Positions 1 through 10,800 of a stretch of DNA of 64,000 nt are shown in pieces; position 1 is the stretch's first letter, and every line of letters begins with the position of its first letter. This DNA is from an archaeon SCG-AAA382B04 (lineage in GTDB: Archaea > Halobacteriota > Methanonatronarchaeia > Methanonatronarchaeales > Methanonatronarchaeaceae), in contig PZKD01000125.1 of NCBI GenBank assembly GCA_003034855.1, positions 19,521-83,520 of the forward strand, in the 5' to 3' direction. The translations under genes and the position numbers were made by a program. A model generated the notes under the pieces. The model did not search any database, was not told where the DNA came from, and saw only the letters and a program-made list of their open reading frames with translations.

Positions 1-933
1 TTGTGTTTTGATTGGTTCTCCTCCAAATACCTTGATTGAGTTAGCAGTTTTTTCTTTGTTATCGGTGAGCGCTATTATACATCCGCCTCCACCAGCGCCA
101 GTTATTTTAGAACCATATGCACCGCTTTCTCTTGCTGCATATATTAATTTTGAAAGTTTTAGGTTGTTTATTTTTATTGAATCTAGTATTCCTTGATTTA
201 TATTCATTAATTCTCCTATTTTCTCTAAATCTCTATTTTGAACTTCTTTTTGGCCTCTTTTTGTTATTTCTCCAATACTCGTGAATAAGTTATTTATAAT
301 TTCAGGGTATTCTTCTTTGAGTTGTTTTACTTGTTCCACTAATTGTTTGGTGTTGCTTGATTCTTGGGTGTAACCTATCACGATAGGTAATTTAGGAGTT
401 TTTTTCTTTTCTAAGCTTTTTCCTTTCTCTACTCGAGTTAAACCTCCCATTGTTGAGGTGAAAGTGTCACAGGGACTTGCACTACCTTGAACTTCTTTTT
501 CAACTTCATATGCTAGTTTGGATATTTTTTTTCGTGGTAGATTCAACCCATATAACTCATTAAGAGCTGATATAGTCGCTACTGTAACAGAAGCCGAAGA
601 CCCTAATCCTCCTCCAATGGGTAATTCAGTTCTTATTTTTAATTTTAAACCGGTCTTTTCACTTTTTATTTCAAAAATTTTTTTAATGGATTTTCTAATA
701 TAGTCTAGTTTTTTTATTTGCTTTTCAGGTATTTCGTTTCCTTCTTCCCCTCCAATTTTGAACTTCACTGATTCGAAACTCAAGTTTTTTGGAAGTATAG
801 TGATTCCTTCATTCTTTTTTTGTGCTTCTACGATTGTTCTTTTGTTTATAGCGCAAGCTAGCGCTGGATATCCATAAACTACGGAATGTTCGCCATATAA
901 GTATATTTTACCTGGAGCTGTTGCTTTTACCAT
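1..933 (-). CDS. mvk: mevalonate kinase (GHMP kinase family), C-terminal end cut by the window edge
   Basis: My own reverse translation from the ATG at 933 stays open to position 1. N-terminus MVKATAPGKIYLYGEHSVVYGYPALA, GHMP motif ELPIGGGLGSSASVTVA, and KITGAGGGGCIIAL. It is absent from the ORF track because it has no stop codon inside the window. Confidence 0.85.
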   Translation of the reverse strand, partial: MVKATAPGKIYLYGEHSVVYGYPALACAINKRTIVEAQKKNEGITILPKNLSFESVKFKIGGEEGNEIPEKQIKKLDYIRKSIKKIFEIKSEKTGLKLKIRTELPIGGGLGSSASVTVATISALNELYGLNLPRKKISKLAYEVEKEVQGSASPCDTFTSTMGGLTRVEKGKSLEKKKTPKLPIVIGYTQESSNTKQLVEQVKQLKEEYPEIINNLFTSIGEITKRGQKEVQNRDLEKIGELMNINQGILDSIKINNLKLSKLIYAARESGAYGSKITGAGGGGCIIALTDNKEKTANSIKVFGGEPIKTQ

Positions 934-945
934 TATAAAATCACT

Positions 946-1737
946 CTATTCAAAAACTATTGAAGCATAGCCAACTACTTGAGAGGTGTCTCCCGTTGCT
1001 TCTGCACTTGTTTTATATTCTAATAATTTTGAGTTAAGTTTATTTTTGTTTGCTAATTCCATAGAAACTCCTATAGGTCCATAACCACATATAGAGAGAT
1101 TCTTTTCCTTTATTAACTCAAAAAATTTTTTAGTGTTTTTTTGTTTTATTTTTTCGATTGCTTCCTCATCTTGTTTACGCGCTATATTTTTTGGCTGGTA
1201 ATGTGAAAAATCGCTGCTGCTTATTATCGCAACATCTTTTCCTCTTTCGGTTATTTTAATAATTCTCTGAGATAGTTCTTTAACTATCTCTAAATCTTGA
1301 ATTGATAACATGATAGGAACTATTTTGAAATCCTTTTTTAAATATTGAAGAATTGGTATCTGAACTTCTATTGAATGTTCTCCCATATGTGCTTTTTCTT
1401 CAACTATACCTACTGTTTTTAATTCCTCATTCACATCTTGATCTACCTCTATTTCTCCTAGTGGAGTTTCCCATTTTTGCTGTGAAATGGATATGCCTGT
1501 TCCGGTTCCTTGGTGGCTTGGCCCAATAATTATGTATGTTTCAGCATCTCTTAGAGCCGATATTGATCTGGTAGCTACGTCTCCAGAGAACCTATATCCT
1601 GCATGGGGTGAAACAGTTGCTTGTGCTTCCTTTTCTTTTGTTTTTTCTGGGATTTGAGTGATATAGCTTTCTATTTTTTGTTTAATTTCTTTTTTTGTTC
1701 TAGGATAGAACCTGCCTGCAACTACTGCTCTTCTCAT
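946..1737 (-). CDS. MEMO1-family protein (AmmeMemoRadiSam system protein B)
   Basis: 263 aa. N-terminus RRAVVAGRFYP, plus SPHAGYRFSG and GEHSIEVQIPIL motifs typical of the MEMO1 family. It holds the conserved position between rps2 and mvk. Confidence 0.8.
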   Translation of the reverse strand: MRRAVVAGRFYPRTKKEIKQKIESYITQIPEKTKEKEAQATVSPHAGYRFSGDVATRSISALRDAETYIIIGPSHQGTGTGISISQQKWETPLGEIEVDQDVNEELKTVGIVEEKAHMGEHSIEVQIPILQYLKKDFKIVPIMLSIQDLEIVKELSQRIIKITERGKDVAIISSSDFSHYQPKNIARKQDEEAIEKIKQKNTKKFFELIKEKNLSICGYGPIGVSMELANKNKLNSKLLEYKTSAEATGDTSQVVGYASIVFE

Positions 1738-1777
1738 TTGCTTACTTAAAATATTTTGTTCCTATTTGATTTAAGTT

Positions 1778-1827
1778 GTGAACTACCCCTACCTAACTCA
1801 CTTCGCTTGTGAGGAAGGGGCTTCCTG
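1778..1827 (-). repeat. IS end module (tnpB 3' side, RE-like) forming an imperfect hairpin
   Basis: Sequence gtgaactacccctacctaactcacttcgcttgtgaggaaggggcttcctg. ctcac(1797-1801) pairs with gtgag(1809-1813), and cccct(1786-1790) pairs with agggg(1816-1820). It overlaps the tnpB stop codon. Confidence 0.6.
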
Positions 1828-3010
1828 TTTCTATGACGAAGCTTGCAGACACATCTCTAAAGTTGGTGTCCGTAGAGGCTTCAGTCTCCACAGGCGTGAC
1901 TTTGGCTCGTCCCTCGCCTAAACTTTTTTCTAAAATATTCTGTGCAGCATTATAGTCTCTATCCGTTTTATATCCACAACTTGGACAGCTATGTTCTCGT
2001 TGCCATAGGGGCTTATTGGTTTTAACACCACATTGGGAGCATTTTTTGCTAGTATCTTTTGGGTCAACCAGAACTACTTCTATACCAGCACTCTCAGCCT
2101 TGTACAGAAGCAACTGGATGAACTTCCTCCAACCAGAATCAAGCGTGTTCTTGCTATTCATCTTGCCCTGAACCATGCTAGAGATGTTCAAATCTTCCAA
2201 CACTATTCTATCGTATTTATTGACATAAGCATTAGACAACTTATGGAGAAAATCCATACGCCTATTTTTCACCTGTTCATGAAGTTTGGCCACCCGCTTT
2301 CGCTGTTTCTTGTGGTTGTTACTCCCCTTCTCTTTCCGGCTTAAATTTCTCTGGGCTTTCTTTAATTGTTCTTCGGCTTTCTCCACATTCTTTGGATGTT
2401 CAACTCTGTTACTATCACTATCAACAATAAAATTCTGGATACCAAGGTCAATACCTACAGCTTCAACGTCATCAGAGTTAACTGAGTTCTGTTTTTCTGT
2501 TTCTTGTTCGGTTTGGAAGATTGCGTACCATTCACCAGTGTTGTTTCTTTTGATAATTACGCCTTTGGCTTCTTCTTCGAGTTCTCGATGCAACTGAATC
2601 GGTATCTTCCCTATCTTCGACAACCTAAGTTTATCCAATCGGTTCTCTGTCCTTTTTAGCTTGAATCCTGACTGATTGTACTCAATAGTCTTAAACCATT
2701 CCTCCCCCTTACACCGTAGTTTCCCAACTTTATATCCATTCCTTTTCTGCTCAGATAGAGATTTGAGGTTGTCGTATAGTTGTTTTAGCACCATTTGTAG
2801 GACTTTGCTGTGAACCTGTTTTAATTCAGTCCACTTTTTCTTGAGTTTTGGAAGTTGTTTCTGAAGTTCGTAGCGAGAAGGTGTTTCGTCTTTCTTGTTT
2901 AGTTTTTCAAGGAAGTGGTTGTAGACTTGTCGACATAGGTCAAGATTTTTCTCTAGCACCTTCTTATCTTTTTCTGAAGGATAGAGACGATACTTATAAC
3001 TCAAATTCAT
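1793..3010 (-). CDS. tnpB: TnpB (IS200/IS605-family OrfB, RNA-guided DNA endonuclease class)
   Basis: 405 aa. N-terminus YKYRLYPS. RuvC-I GIDLGI, RuvC-II VLEDLN, zinc finger CSQCG...CPSCG, RuvC-III DRDYNAAQNI. All catalytic residues appear intact. Confidence 0.9.
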   Translation of the reverse strand: MNLSYKYRLYPSEKDKKVLEKNLDLCRQVYNHFLEKLNKKDETPSRYELQKQLPKLKKKWTELKQVHSKVLQMVLKQLYDNLKSLSEQKRNGYKVGKLRCKGEEWFKTIEYNQSGFKLKRTENRLDKLRLSKIGKIPIQLHRELEEEAKGVIIKRNNTGEWYAIFQTEQETEKQNSVNSDDVEAVGIDLGIQNFIVDSDSNRVEHPKNVEKAEEQLKKAQRNLSRKEKGSNNHKKQRKRVAKLHEQVKNRRMDFLHKLSNAYVNKYDRIVLEDLNISSMVQGKMNSKNTLDSGWRKFIQLLLYKAESAGIEVVLVDPKDTSKKCSQCGVKTNKPLWQREHSCPSCGYKTDRDYNAAQNILEKSLGEGRAKVTPVETEASTDTNFRDVSASFVIETGSPFLTSEVS

Positions 3011-3120
3011 TTTTCCATTTCTTCTTCTATTTTATTCCTAACAAATTTGGAGAGATTTATTGCGTTTTTTTCAAGCCACTCCTCGTGCTTCTCTTTTATA
3101 GTTATAGATTTCGTCTTCAT
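3007..3120 (-). CDS. 37-aa ribbon-helix-helix-like micro-ORF, translationally coupled to tnpB
   Basis: My own translation: MKTKSITIKEKHEEWLEKNAINLSKFVRNKIEEEMEK. The pattern is a beta-strand (SITI) followed by two helices, as in CopG/RHH proteins. Its TGA stop overlaps the tnpB ATG (ATGA at 3007-3010). Confidence 0.5.
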   Translation of the reverse strand: MKTKSITIKEKHEEWLEKNAINLSKFVRNKIEEEMEK

Positions 3121-3163
3121 CTTTACAATATAATTATTATTTTTATTGTTTATAAAGTTTGTA

Positions 3164-3211
<48 letters not shown>

Positions 3212-3230
3212 ACCAAACAAGTTAAAAAAA

Positions 3231-3854
3231 TTAGAGTTCAGCTTCGAAGTCTTCTATTGAGTATTTGAATTTTTCTTCGTCGCTTAATCTTCCTTGTTGT
3301 TTTACTGTTTCTCTTGCTAATAACCAATAGACTGTTGCTAGTGCTTTTCTTCCCTTGTTGTTTGTGGGTATCACTAAGTCAACGTTGGATATCATGTTGT
3401 TGCTATCGCATAGTGCTACTACTGGTATTCCTGATGTGTTTGCTTCTTTTAGAGCTTGTTTATCTCCTATTGGATCAGTTGCTAGTAATACTTCTGGTTC
3501 TACGTATGATTCTAGGTTTGGGTTGGTTAGTGTTCCTGGGATCATTCTATCGACTATTGATTTTCCCCCAACTATTTTTGCAAATAGTTTTGCGGGTTTT
3601 TTACCGTATTCTCTGGCTGAAACTACTAATATGTCAGATGGATCAAATTGTGAAAAGAATTTTGCTGCTGTTTTTATTCTTTTGTCTGTTTCTTCTATAT
3701 CAAAAATGTATAATCCATCTTCTCGTGCTTTGTAGATGAAGTCTTCTATGTCTTTGGTTTTATGTTGGGTTCCTATATGTACTCCTGTTTCGAGATACTG
3801 TTCTGGTTTAATAAGTGTTTGAGTTCCTTCTTCGACCATTTCGATTTCTTCCAA
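3231..3854 (-). CDS. rps2: 30S ribosomal protein S2 (uS2)
   Basis: 207 aa with a recognisable uS2 sequence ([10 protein letters not shown]..., [15 protein letters not shown]). Sits in the eno-rps2 context. Confidence 0.95.
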   Translation of the reverse strand: MEEIEMVEEGTQTLIKPEQYLETGVHIGTQHKTKDIEDFIYKAREDGLYIFDIEETDKRIKTAAKFFSQFDPSDILVVSAREYGKKPAKLFAKIVGGKSIVDRMIPGTLTNPNLESYVEPEVLLATDPIGDKQALKEANTSGIPVVALCDSNNMISNVDLVIPTNNKGRKALATVYWLLARETVKQQGRLSDEEKFKYSIEDFEAEL

Positions 3855-3863
3855 TTTAACACC

Positions 3864-5099
3864 TCATGTTTGTAAGTTTGTTAATCCTATATTGCTTTTT
3901 TCTTCAATCCTAATCAATTCATTTAATTTTGCAGTTCTTTCTCCATTTACTGCTCCACATTTTATTATTTCTGATGTAGCTACGGCAAGATGTGCGATTG
4001 ATGTGTCTGTTGTTTCTCCTGATCTATGTGAAACTGTTATTTTATAGTTGTTTTCTTTTGCTAATTTTATTGCTTCTATTGTGTCTGTTAGTGTCCCTAT
4101 CTGATTTGGTTTAATTAGGACTGTGTTGGCTGATTTTTTATTAATTCCTTCTTGTATCCTATTTTGATTTGTTACGAATAAGTCATCTCCACAGATCAAC
4201 ACATCTTTGTTTATTTTATCTTTTATCTTGCTAAAACCTTCAAAATCTTCTTCCTGTAAGGGGTCTTCTAGATATTTTATGTTATATTCTTCTACTAATT
4301 TTTTCATAAATCTTATTTGTTGATTTGTTTCTTTGTTTTCGCTTCTTCTGTATTCATAGTTTTTTCCATTCCACATTTCACTAGCCGCTACGTCTATGCC
4401 TAGTCTTATTTTGGCGTTTTTTCTTTTTTCGATCTTTTCAGTTGATTTTTTTAGTATATCTAATGCTTCTCTGGTTTTTAATGATTCTACCCATCCGCCT
4501 TCGTCTCCTTTTCCACCGCTGAATGATTTATTTTTTTCTTCTAGTATTTTTTTTATTTGATGATGGACCTCTGCGTTTGAGATTATTGCTTGTTTTTCAG
4601 ATTCTACTTTTGTTGGTAGTGTTAGGAATTCTTGTATTTCCGTTGCTCCTTTTCCTGCATGTTCTCCTCCCTCGATCATGTTTCCTAGAGGTAATGGAAG
4701 GGATGGTTCGGTATCTGCAAGTTCTGTTAAGTATTCATAGTATGGAATTTGTTTTGTTTTTGCTGCTAGTTTTGAGGTGGCCATTGATAATGCTATAGCC
4801 CCATTTCCTCCTAGTTTTGAAAAATTATCCGTGCCATCTAACTTTTTTAATTTTTGATCTATTTTTTGTTGATTTGAAGGATCTAGGCCTACAAATTCAT
4901 TTTTATTATCTCGAATCGTTTTTATTGTTGAATCAACACCTTCTTTTGGGAATGCGGTTGCTTCAAATTTTCCAACACTTGCTCCACTAGGAGAGGAAAC
5001 CCTCCCAAGTTCTCTTTTAGATTTGACTTCTATTTCTATTGTTGGTTCTCCTCGGCTATTAATGGTTTTTCTTGAATGTATGTCTTTTATCTTTGTCAT
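3864..5099 (-). CDS. eno: enolase
   Basis: 411 aa. N-terminus SRGEPTIEIEV, C-terminal SHRSGETTDTSIAHLAV motif. Confidence 0.95.
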   Translation of the reverse strand: MTKIKDIHSRKTINSRGEPTIEIEVKSKRELGRVSSPSGASVGKFEATAFPKEGVDSTIKTIRDNKNEFVGLDPSNQQKIDQKLKKLDGTDNFSKLGGNGAIALSMATSKLAAKTKQIPYYEYLTELADTEPSLPLPLGNMIEGGEHAGKGATEIQEFLTLPTKVESEKQAIISNAEVHHQIKKILEEKNKSFSGGKGDEGGWVESLKTREALDILKKSTEKIEKRKNAKIRLGIDVAASEMWNGKNYEYRRSENKETNQQIRFMKKLVEEYNIKYLEDPLQEEDFEGFSKIKDKINKDVLICGDDLFVTNQNRIQEGINKKSANTVLIKPNQIGTLTDTIEAIKLAKENNYKITVSHRSGETTDTSIAHLAVATSEIIKCGAVNGERTAKLNELIRIEEKSNIGLTNLQT

Positions 5100-5113
5100 A
5101 TTCTAAGGCCTAA

Positions 5114-5317
5114 TTATGAAAGTTCACCAAAAAAGTGGTGTTTTTGTTCTTGTTTCCTTCTTACTGTTATTGGTATTACTTCTTTTTCAAGTTCCTTTTG
5201 TGCTATTTCGATTGGTAGCATCTCTTCGTTTGCATCTATTAGGGTTGGAGCTCCAAGTGAGATTTGGAGTGCTCTTGCACCAATTATTCTGGCTCTCTCA
5301 AATTTATTGTAATTCAC
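5114..5317 (-). CDS. rpoK: DNA-directed RNA polymerase subunit K (Rpo6)
   Basis: 67 aa. FERARIIGARALQISLGAP is the RpoK/omega-like signature. Confidence 0.9.
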   Translation of the reverse strand: MNYNKFERARIIGARALQISLGAPTLIDANEEMLPIEIAQKELEKEVIPITVRRKQEQKHHFFGELS

Positions 5318-5408
5318 TTTTAAGACACCTCTATTATAAAAGGAGTTATCACGCTTTCTAACTTAGTTGTTTGAATTTAAAAAATTTTTGTTATTTTTTC
5401 ATTGCCCT

Positions 5409-6068
5409 TCAGCTTATTAGTATCTCACATTCTACTATTATTTTTTTGGAAAATTTTGTATAGTTTCGTATCTTTGTCCTTCTTTTCTTGTTTATTTTAC
5501 TACCAAATTCGTGGTAATTTTGTGGGTTATTGAATCTTAAAAAAAATATCTTACAGGTCCGATAAGGATATTTTGCTAGGTCAGAATTAGTTATTTTTTT
5601 TATCTCTTCCATTATTTGACTCAGATTTTTTTCCTTTAGATCCAATAGCTCTATAAAGTTCTTGTTTTCTTCTAATTTTTTAATTAAGTCTTTTTGTTCC
5701 TTTTTTTTATTAATTAATTTTTCTAATTTCTTAGTTAAAAAAGAAGTTTGTTTTTTACTGAGATCATAATTTTCTTTTTGGGAATAAATTTTATTATATA
5801 AGTCTTTTATAGAAAATTCAAATTCTATCAAAGAAATTAGTAGGTTTTTTATTTTCTTATTTGTATTAATTTTAGTTTTTTCATCTTTATATATGCCTAA
5901 ATTTGTTATTAGTTCTTTTAAGATATCTTTATTTTCTTTAGTTTGGTTTAATATTTTATCTAGTTCTTTACTGTGCTTTTTTAATTCTTTATTAGATAAT
6001 TGTTCAGCTAGTCTTTGAATTTTAGACTCTATTTTATGAGCTTTTTTTAATTCAGTTTTTAGTTTCAT
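5409..6068 (-). CDS. hypothetical Lys-rich coiled-coil protein
   Basis: A 219-aa open frame in very AT-rich DNA, which is unlikely by chance. Heptad-like K/E/L/I composition. No motif I recognise. Confidence 0.35.
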   Translation of the reverse strand: MKLKTELKKAHKIESKIQRLAEQLSNKELKKHSKELDKILNQTKENKDILKELITNLGIYKDEKTKINTNKKIKNLLISLIEFEFSIKDLYNKIYSQKENYDLSKKQTSFLTKKLEKLINKKKEQKDLIKKLEENKNFIELLDLKEKNLSQIMEEIKKITNSDLAKYPYRTCKIFFLRFNNPQNYHEFGSKINKKRRTKIRNYTKFSKKIIVECEILIS

Positions 6069-6097
6069 TTATTTCTCTTCTTTTTTTTAATATTAAG

Positions 6098-6225
6098 CGC
6101 TGGGGAAGGGATTTGAACCCCCGAGTGCCGTTAGGCACACTGGCTTTCTTGAACTTCCTATTAGTTCTCAAGGCCAGCGCCTTTGGCCCCATATATGTGG
6201 TTGGGCCGGACTTGGCTACCCCAGC
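6098..6225 (-). tRNA. tRNA-Ser(UGA), 128 nt, with two putative introns (D-loop and anticodon loop)
   Basis: Reverse complement reads GCTGGGG TA GCC...GGC G CTGGC CTTGAG..A GCCAG TGTGCCTAACGGCACTC GGGGG TTCAAAT CCCTT CCCCAGC G. The long variable arm marks a type II tRNA. It is about 42 nt longer than a mature tRNA-Ser. Confidence 0.75.
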
Positions 6226-6265
6226 TTCTAATGTAAAAAATAGGAAAATAGTGAAGATATTTGTT

Positions 6266-6577
6266 TTAGTTTTGGATTACTAGTTCTATATGCACACCGT
6301 CTGGGACTTGAAGCCGCATTAGTTGTCTTAGAGCTCTTTCATCGCTTTCGATGTCTATTAGTCTTTTGTGTATTCTCATCTCCCAGTGTTCCCAAGTGGC
6401 TGTTCCTTCTCCATCCGGTGATTTTCTTGTTGGGACTTCTAGTTTTTTAGTTGGTAGAGGTATTGGTCCACGCATTTCCACATCTGTTCTATCTGCTACT
6501 TGTTGTATCTCCTCGGTTACTCCTCTTATTTTTTCTGTTTCTGTTCCGTTAAGCCTGATTCTGGCGCTCTGTTTCAC
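6266..6577 (-). CDS. rps10: 30S ribosomal protein S10 (uS10)
   Basis: 103 aa with uS10 sequence. Lies downstream of tuf, as in archaeal str-like clusters. Confidence 0.95.
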   Translation of the reverse strand: MKQSARIRLNGTETEKIRGVTEEIQQVADRTDVEMRGPIPLPTKKLEVPTRKSPDGEGTATWEHWEMRIHKRLIDIESDERALRQLMRLQVPDGVHIELVIQN

Positions 6578-6592
6578 TGTATCACCAATTTT

Positions 6593-7864
6593 TTATTCTC
6601 TTTCTTCGATGTCCATCACCATTCCTGCAGCAATGGTTTGTCCCATATCTCTTATTGCGAATCTTCCAAGTTGTGGAATTTCTTTTACTTTTTCGATTAC
6701 TAGCGGTCTTTGTGGTTTAACTTCTACTATTGCTGAGTCTCCTGATTTTATGAAATCTGGGTTTTCTTCTTTTACTTCTCCGCTTTTTGGATCCATCTTT
6801 TTCTCGATGTTTGTTATTGTACATGCGATTTGGGCTGTATGTGCGTGAAATACTGGGGTGTATCCTGCGGTTATTGCGCTTGGGTGTTGTAGTACAACTA
6901 TTTGGGCTTTGAATGAGTCTGCTACTGTTGGTGGGTTACTTGTATGTCCAGCTACGTCTCCTCTTCTTATTTCATCTTTTCCTACTCCTCGTACGTTGAA
7001 GCCTACGTTGTCTCCTGGTCCTGCTTCTGGAACTTCTTCATGGTGCATTTCTATGCTTTTTACTTCTCCTACTTCACCACTTGGTTGGAAACTTACTTTG
7101 TCTTCTGGGTTTAGTTTTCCTGTTTCTATTCTTCCAACTGGAACTGTACCTATTCCGCTTATGCTGTATACATCTTGGATTGGTATTCTTAGGGGCAGAT
7201 CCACTGGTTCTTCTGGTTTATTTAGTGAGTTTAGTTCTTCTAGTAATGTTGGGCCATCGTACCATGGTGTTTTATCAGTTTTCTCTGATATGTTTCCGCC
7301 GTTTAGTGCGCTTACTGGGATGTATTGTACGTTATCTGGATCGAATCCTATTGTTTGTAGTAATCCGTTTACTTCGGATTTTACTTGTTCGAATTTGTTT
7401 TCTTCCCAATCTACTAGGTCCATTTTGTTTATCGCTATTGATAATTGGTTTATTCCTAGTGTTTTTGCTAGAAAGATGTGTTCTTTTGTTTGGGGTTTTA
7501 CTCCTTCACTTGCATCAACTACGAGTGTTGCAGCATCTGCTTGAGATGCTCCTGTTATCATATTTTTTACGAAGTCTTTGTGTCCTGGACAATCGACAAT
7601 TGTGAAGTTGTAGTTGTCGGTGTCGAATTCTTTGTGAGCAATGTCGATAGTTAATCCTCTTTCTCTCTCTTCTCCTAATGAGTCCATTACCCATGCGAAT
7701 TCGAATGTACCTTTTCCTTTTTCTTCTGCTTCTTTTTTGTATTCTTCTATCACATGTTCTGGAACGTTTCCGGTTTCGTAGAGTAGTCTCCCTACGAGTG
7801 TAGATTTACCATGATCGACGTGTCCTATAAGTGCTAAATTCATATGGGGGTTATCATTTGACAT
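6593..7864 (-). CDS. tuf: translation elongation factor 1-alpha
   Basis: 423 aa. [10 protein letters not shown]-loop, DCPGH, NKMD. Confidence 0.97.
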   Translation of the reverse strand: MSNDNPHMNLALIGHVDHGKSTLVGRLLYETGNVPEHVIEEYKKEAEEKGKGTFEFAWVMDSLGEERERGLTIDIAHKEFDTDNYNFTIVDCPGHKDFVKNMITGASQADAATLVVDASEGVKPQTKEHIFLAKTLGINQLSIAINKMDLVDWEENKFEQVKSEVNGLLQTIGFDPDNVQYIPVSALNGGNISEKTDKTPWYDGPTLLEELNSLNKPEEPVDLPLRIPIQDVYSISGIGTVPVGRIETGKLNPEDKVSFQPSGEVGEVKSIEMHHEEVPEAGPGDNVGFNVRGVGKDEIRRGDVAGHTSNPPTVADSFKAQIVVLQHPSAITAGYTPVFHAHTAQIACTITNIEKKMDPKSGEVKEENPDFIKSGDSAIVEVKPQRPLVIEKVKEIPQLGRFAIRDMGQTIAAGMVMDIEERE

Positions 7865-7887
7865 ATTATTAATACCTCTTTAAGCTT

Positions 7888-10800
7888 CTATTCAGATTTT
7901 GGTGTTTCAACCTTTAAACCTTTTCTCTCTCTAATTTGTTTAATTAAGTCATCCCGAATACTGGTTGGGACTTCTTCAAAATCAGCAGGTTCTGTGCTCC
8001 ACATAGCTCTTCCTTCTGTTGCTGATCTCAATTCTCCAGCAAAGCCAAACATTTCGGCTACTGGAGCTTTTCCGTTTATTTCTGTTAAATCTCCTTGTTG
8101 ACTCATGTTTTCTATTTGGCCTCTTCTACTCTGTACTTCTCGAGATGCTCCTCCCATTGTTTCTTGTGGTGTGTTGATGTAGACTTTTTGCATTGGTTCT
8201 AGGAGGGTTGGTTGTGCATTTAACATTGCTGAATGTATTGCTTTTCTCACAGCGGGTATAACTTGAGCTGGTCCTCTGTGAACGGCGTCTTCGTGGAGTT
8301 TTACGTCATCTAGTTTAACTTTTACTCCTCTGCATGGTTCCTCTGCTAATGGCCCTGAATCCATTGCGTCTTCGAAAGCTTCTAGAACTAGTTCTATTGC
8401 TTCTCTTAGGTATTGAACTCCCTTTGTTGCATCTACAAATGCATTGTTGTTATGTAAGGATATGACGTTTTTTGCTTCATCTTTGTCCATTCCTCCTTCC
8501 ACTAATTGCTCTCTCCTTTTAGCTTCTGGGAGGTCCATTGTAACATCACCCTCTTTTGATTTTTGAACCACTTCATCTGGTAGTGATTCAATCTCTATGT
8601 AGAATTTGTTGTGACCGTTGGGTGATCGTGCTTCAATTGGTCCAGCACTTCCTTTTACAGATTCTCTATATACAACAATGGGTTCAGAGGTTTCAATTGG
8701 AACTCCTTTATCTCTTTCTATTCTATGAGTAACTACTTCTAAGTGTAATTCTCCCATCCCACTGATTAGGTGTTCTCCTGTCTCTTCATTGATCTCAACT
8801 TCCACGGTTGGGTCTTCTTTGCTGACTTGTCTTAGAACCTCTATTAGTTTTGGAAGATCATTCATGTTTTTAGCTTCTACTGCTACTGTAACCACTGGCT
8901 CACTTATGTGTTTTATACTTTCGAATGGAGTCATTTCTTGTTGTGAGACAGTAGAACCAGCTATTGCTTCTCCTAGTCCTGTTATTGCCGCTATGTTTCC
9001 TGCTGGAACTTCTTCAACATTAACTCTATCTGGCCCCATGAAGATTCCTACTTGCTGGATTCTATGGGTTCCAGGAACACCATTCATCTGAACATCCATC
9101 CCTTCTTCAAGCTTACCAGAAAAAAGTCTACCTGTAGCTACTTCTCCCGCATGTGGGTCAACAGAAATATCTGTTACCATAAAAGCTAACTCTCCATCTG
9201 CATCTGCTTCAACCATGGATTCTCCAACTTCACTATCTAGTTTTCCATCCCAGATTGTTGGTATCCTGTATTCTTGTGCTTCAAGTGGATTTGGTAAATG
9301 TCTAATAACCATATCTAAAACAATTTGATGAATTGGAGCTTTCTCGTGAAGTTTTTTATGCTCCTCTTCACTACATAGGCCTATTATGTCTTTGAACGTG
9401 ATTCCAGTGCTTTCCATATAAGGAAAGCTCAGAGCCCAGTTGTAAAGTGCTGAGCCAAAAGCCACACTTCCATCATTTACACCAACTTTCCATCTCTTGG
9501 CTCTTTCTTCATCTTCAATCATCCCACCAACTAAGCTATTCACTTCATCTATCACACTGATGAATTTTTGCTGCATCTCTTTTGCTGAAAGCTCTAATTC
9601 ATTAATTAGCCTATCAATTTTATTGATAAACAAAACAGGTTCTACATTTTCCTTTACAGCCTGTCTCAAAACAGTTTCTGTCTGAGGCATACATCCCTCA
9701 ACTGCATCAACAACTACAACTGCTCCATCTACAGCTCTCATAGCCCTAGTAACATCTCCTCCAAAATCAACATGGCCTGGAGTGTCTATTAAATTAATCA
9801 AATGGTCCTCTCCATCAAAATCATGAACCATCGAAACATTGGCTGCATCAATCGTAATTCCACGTTCTTGTTCCTCCTCATCAAAATCCATAAATAACTG
9901 CTCCCCAGCCAATTCATCAGAAATCATTCCTGCTCCAGCCAGCAAATTGTCTGTTAATGTTGTGTTGTGAACTATTATTCCCTCTGCAACGAAGTTGTGG
10001 TTTTCTTTTATACCAAAATCGTAGACTTCCTCACCTTTTTTTGTGTTTATTGACTCGATTTCTATAAATGAGGTGTCTGCTTTCGCGATTGATCTTAATC
10101 TGTTGAGGATTTGATGACTGTTTTCTGTTCTTGATGAGAATTTTTTAGTGATTTTTTGAAGTGAAAGCTTGGTTAGTCCAACGTAATTGTTTTCGTAATT
10201 GCAATAAGATTCAAACACATCTTTTTGTGATAAACCTAGGTCTTCTCTTATTTCCTCTAGTTTGGATCCATCAATTGGGATTTTGTCTACTTTTGCTGAT
10301 CTCGCTTTTTTTGTTAATTCTTCTAGTTTCCTTCGTTTTTCCTTGGTCTCAAAGCCTATTTCTTTGAAGTTTTTTAGAGAAAGCTTTCCAGCAATATATA
10401 GGGTTTGGTTGTTGTGGTTTAGCTTGGTTGCGATGTCAAAGTGGTGAAGGAGTTTTTGTAATTTTTCTAGCATTTCTTTACTTGCTGAAACTACCGATAC
10501 AGCGGATCTATTTGGTTCTATGGTTCCGTCTGCGTCTAAATATCCTTTTATGAATTCTTTTTTCAATTTCTTCAGTGATTTGAAGACGAATGAGTTTATA
10601 GAAATATTATGTGATTTGGATTCGGTTGGATAATTAAAGGCATTTTCTAGTATTTTCTTTAGGGTCTTACCCCCAACTTCCATTCTGTCTACTCTTCCTT
10701 GGTATTCTCTTATGTTTGGCTCTAGTCCTAGCTCGCTAGCTTTTGATTTTATTGTTTTTTTAGCGTCTTTGGAGTTGTTGGTTATGGTTCCCTCTAGGTC

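Noticed and set aside
1765-1770. TTTGAT next to the tnpB 3' end, read as the TAM or target motif of the element.
   Set aside because: TAMs flank the LE side, and this motif is on the RE side. With only one copy in the window the exact ends cannot be set, so any TAM call would be a guess.
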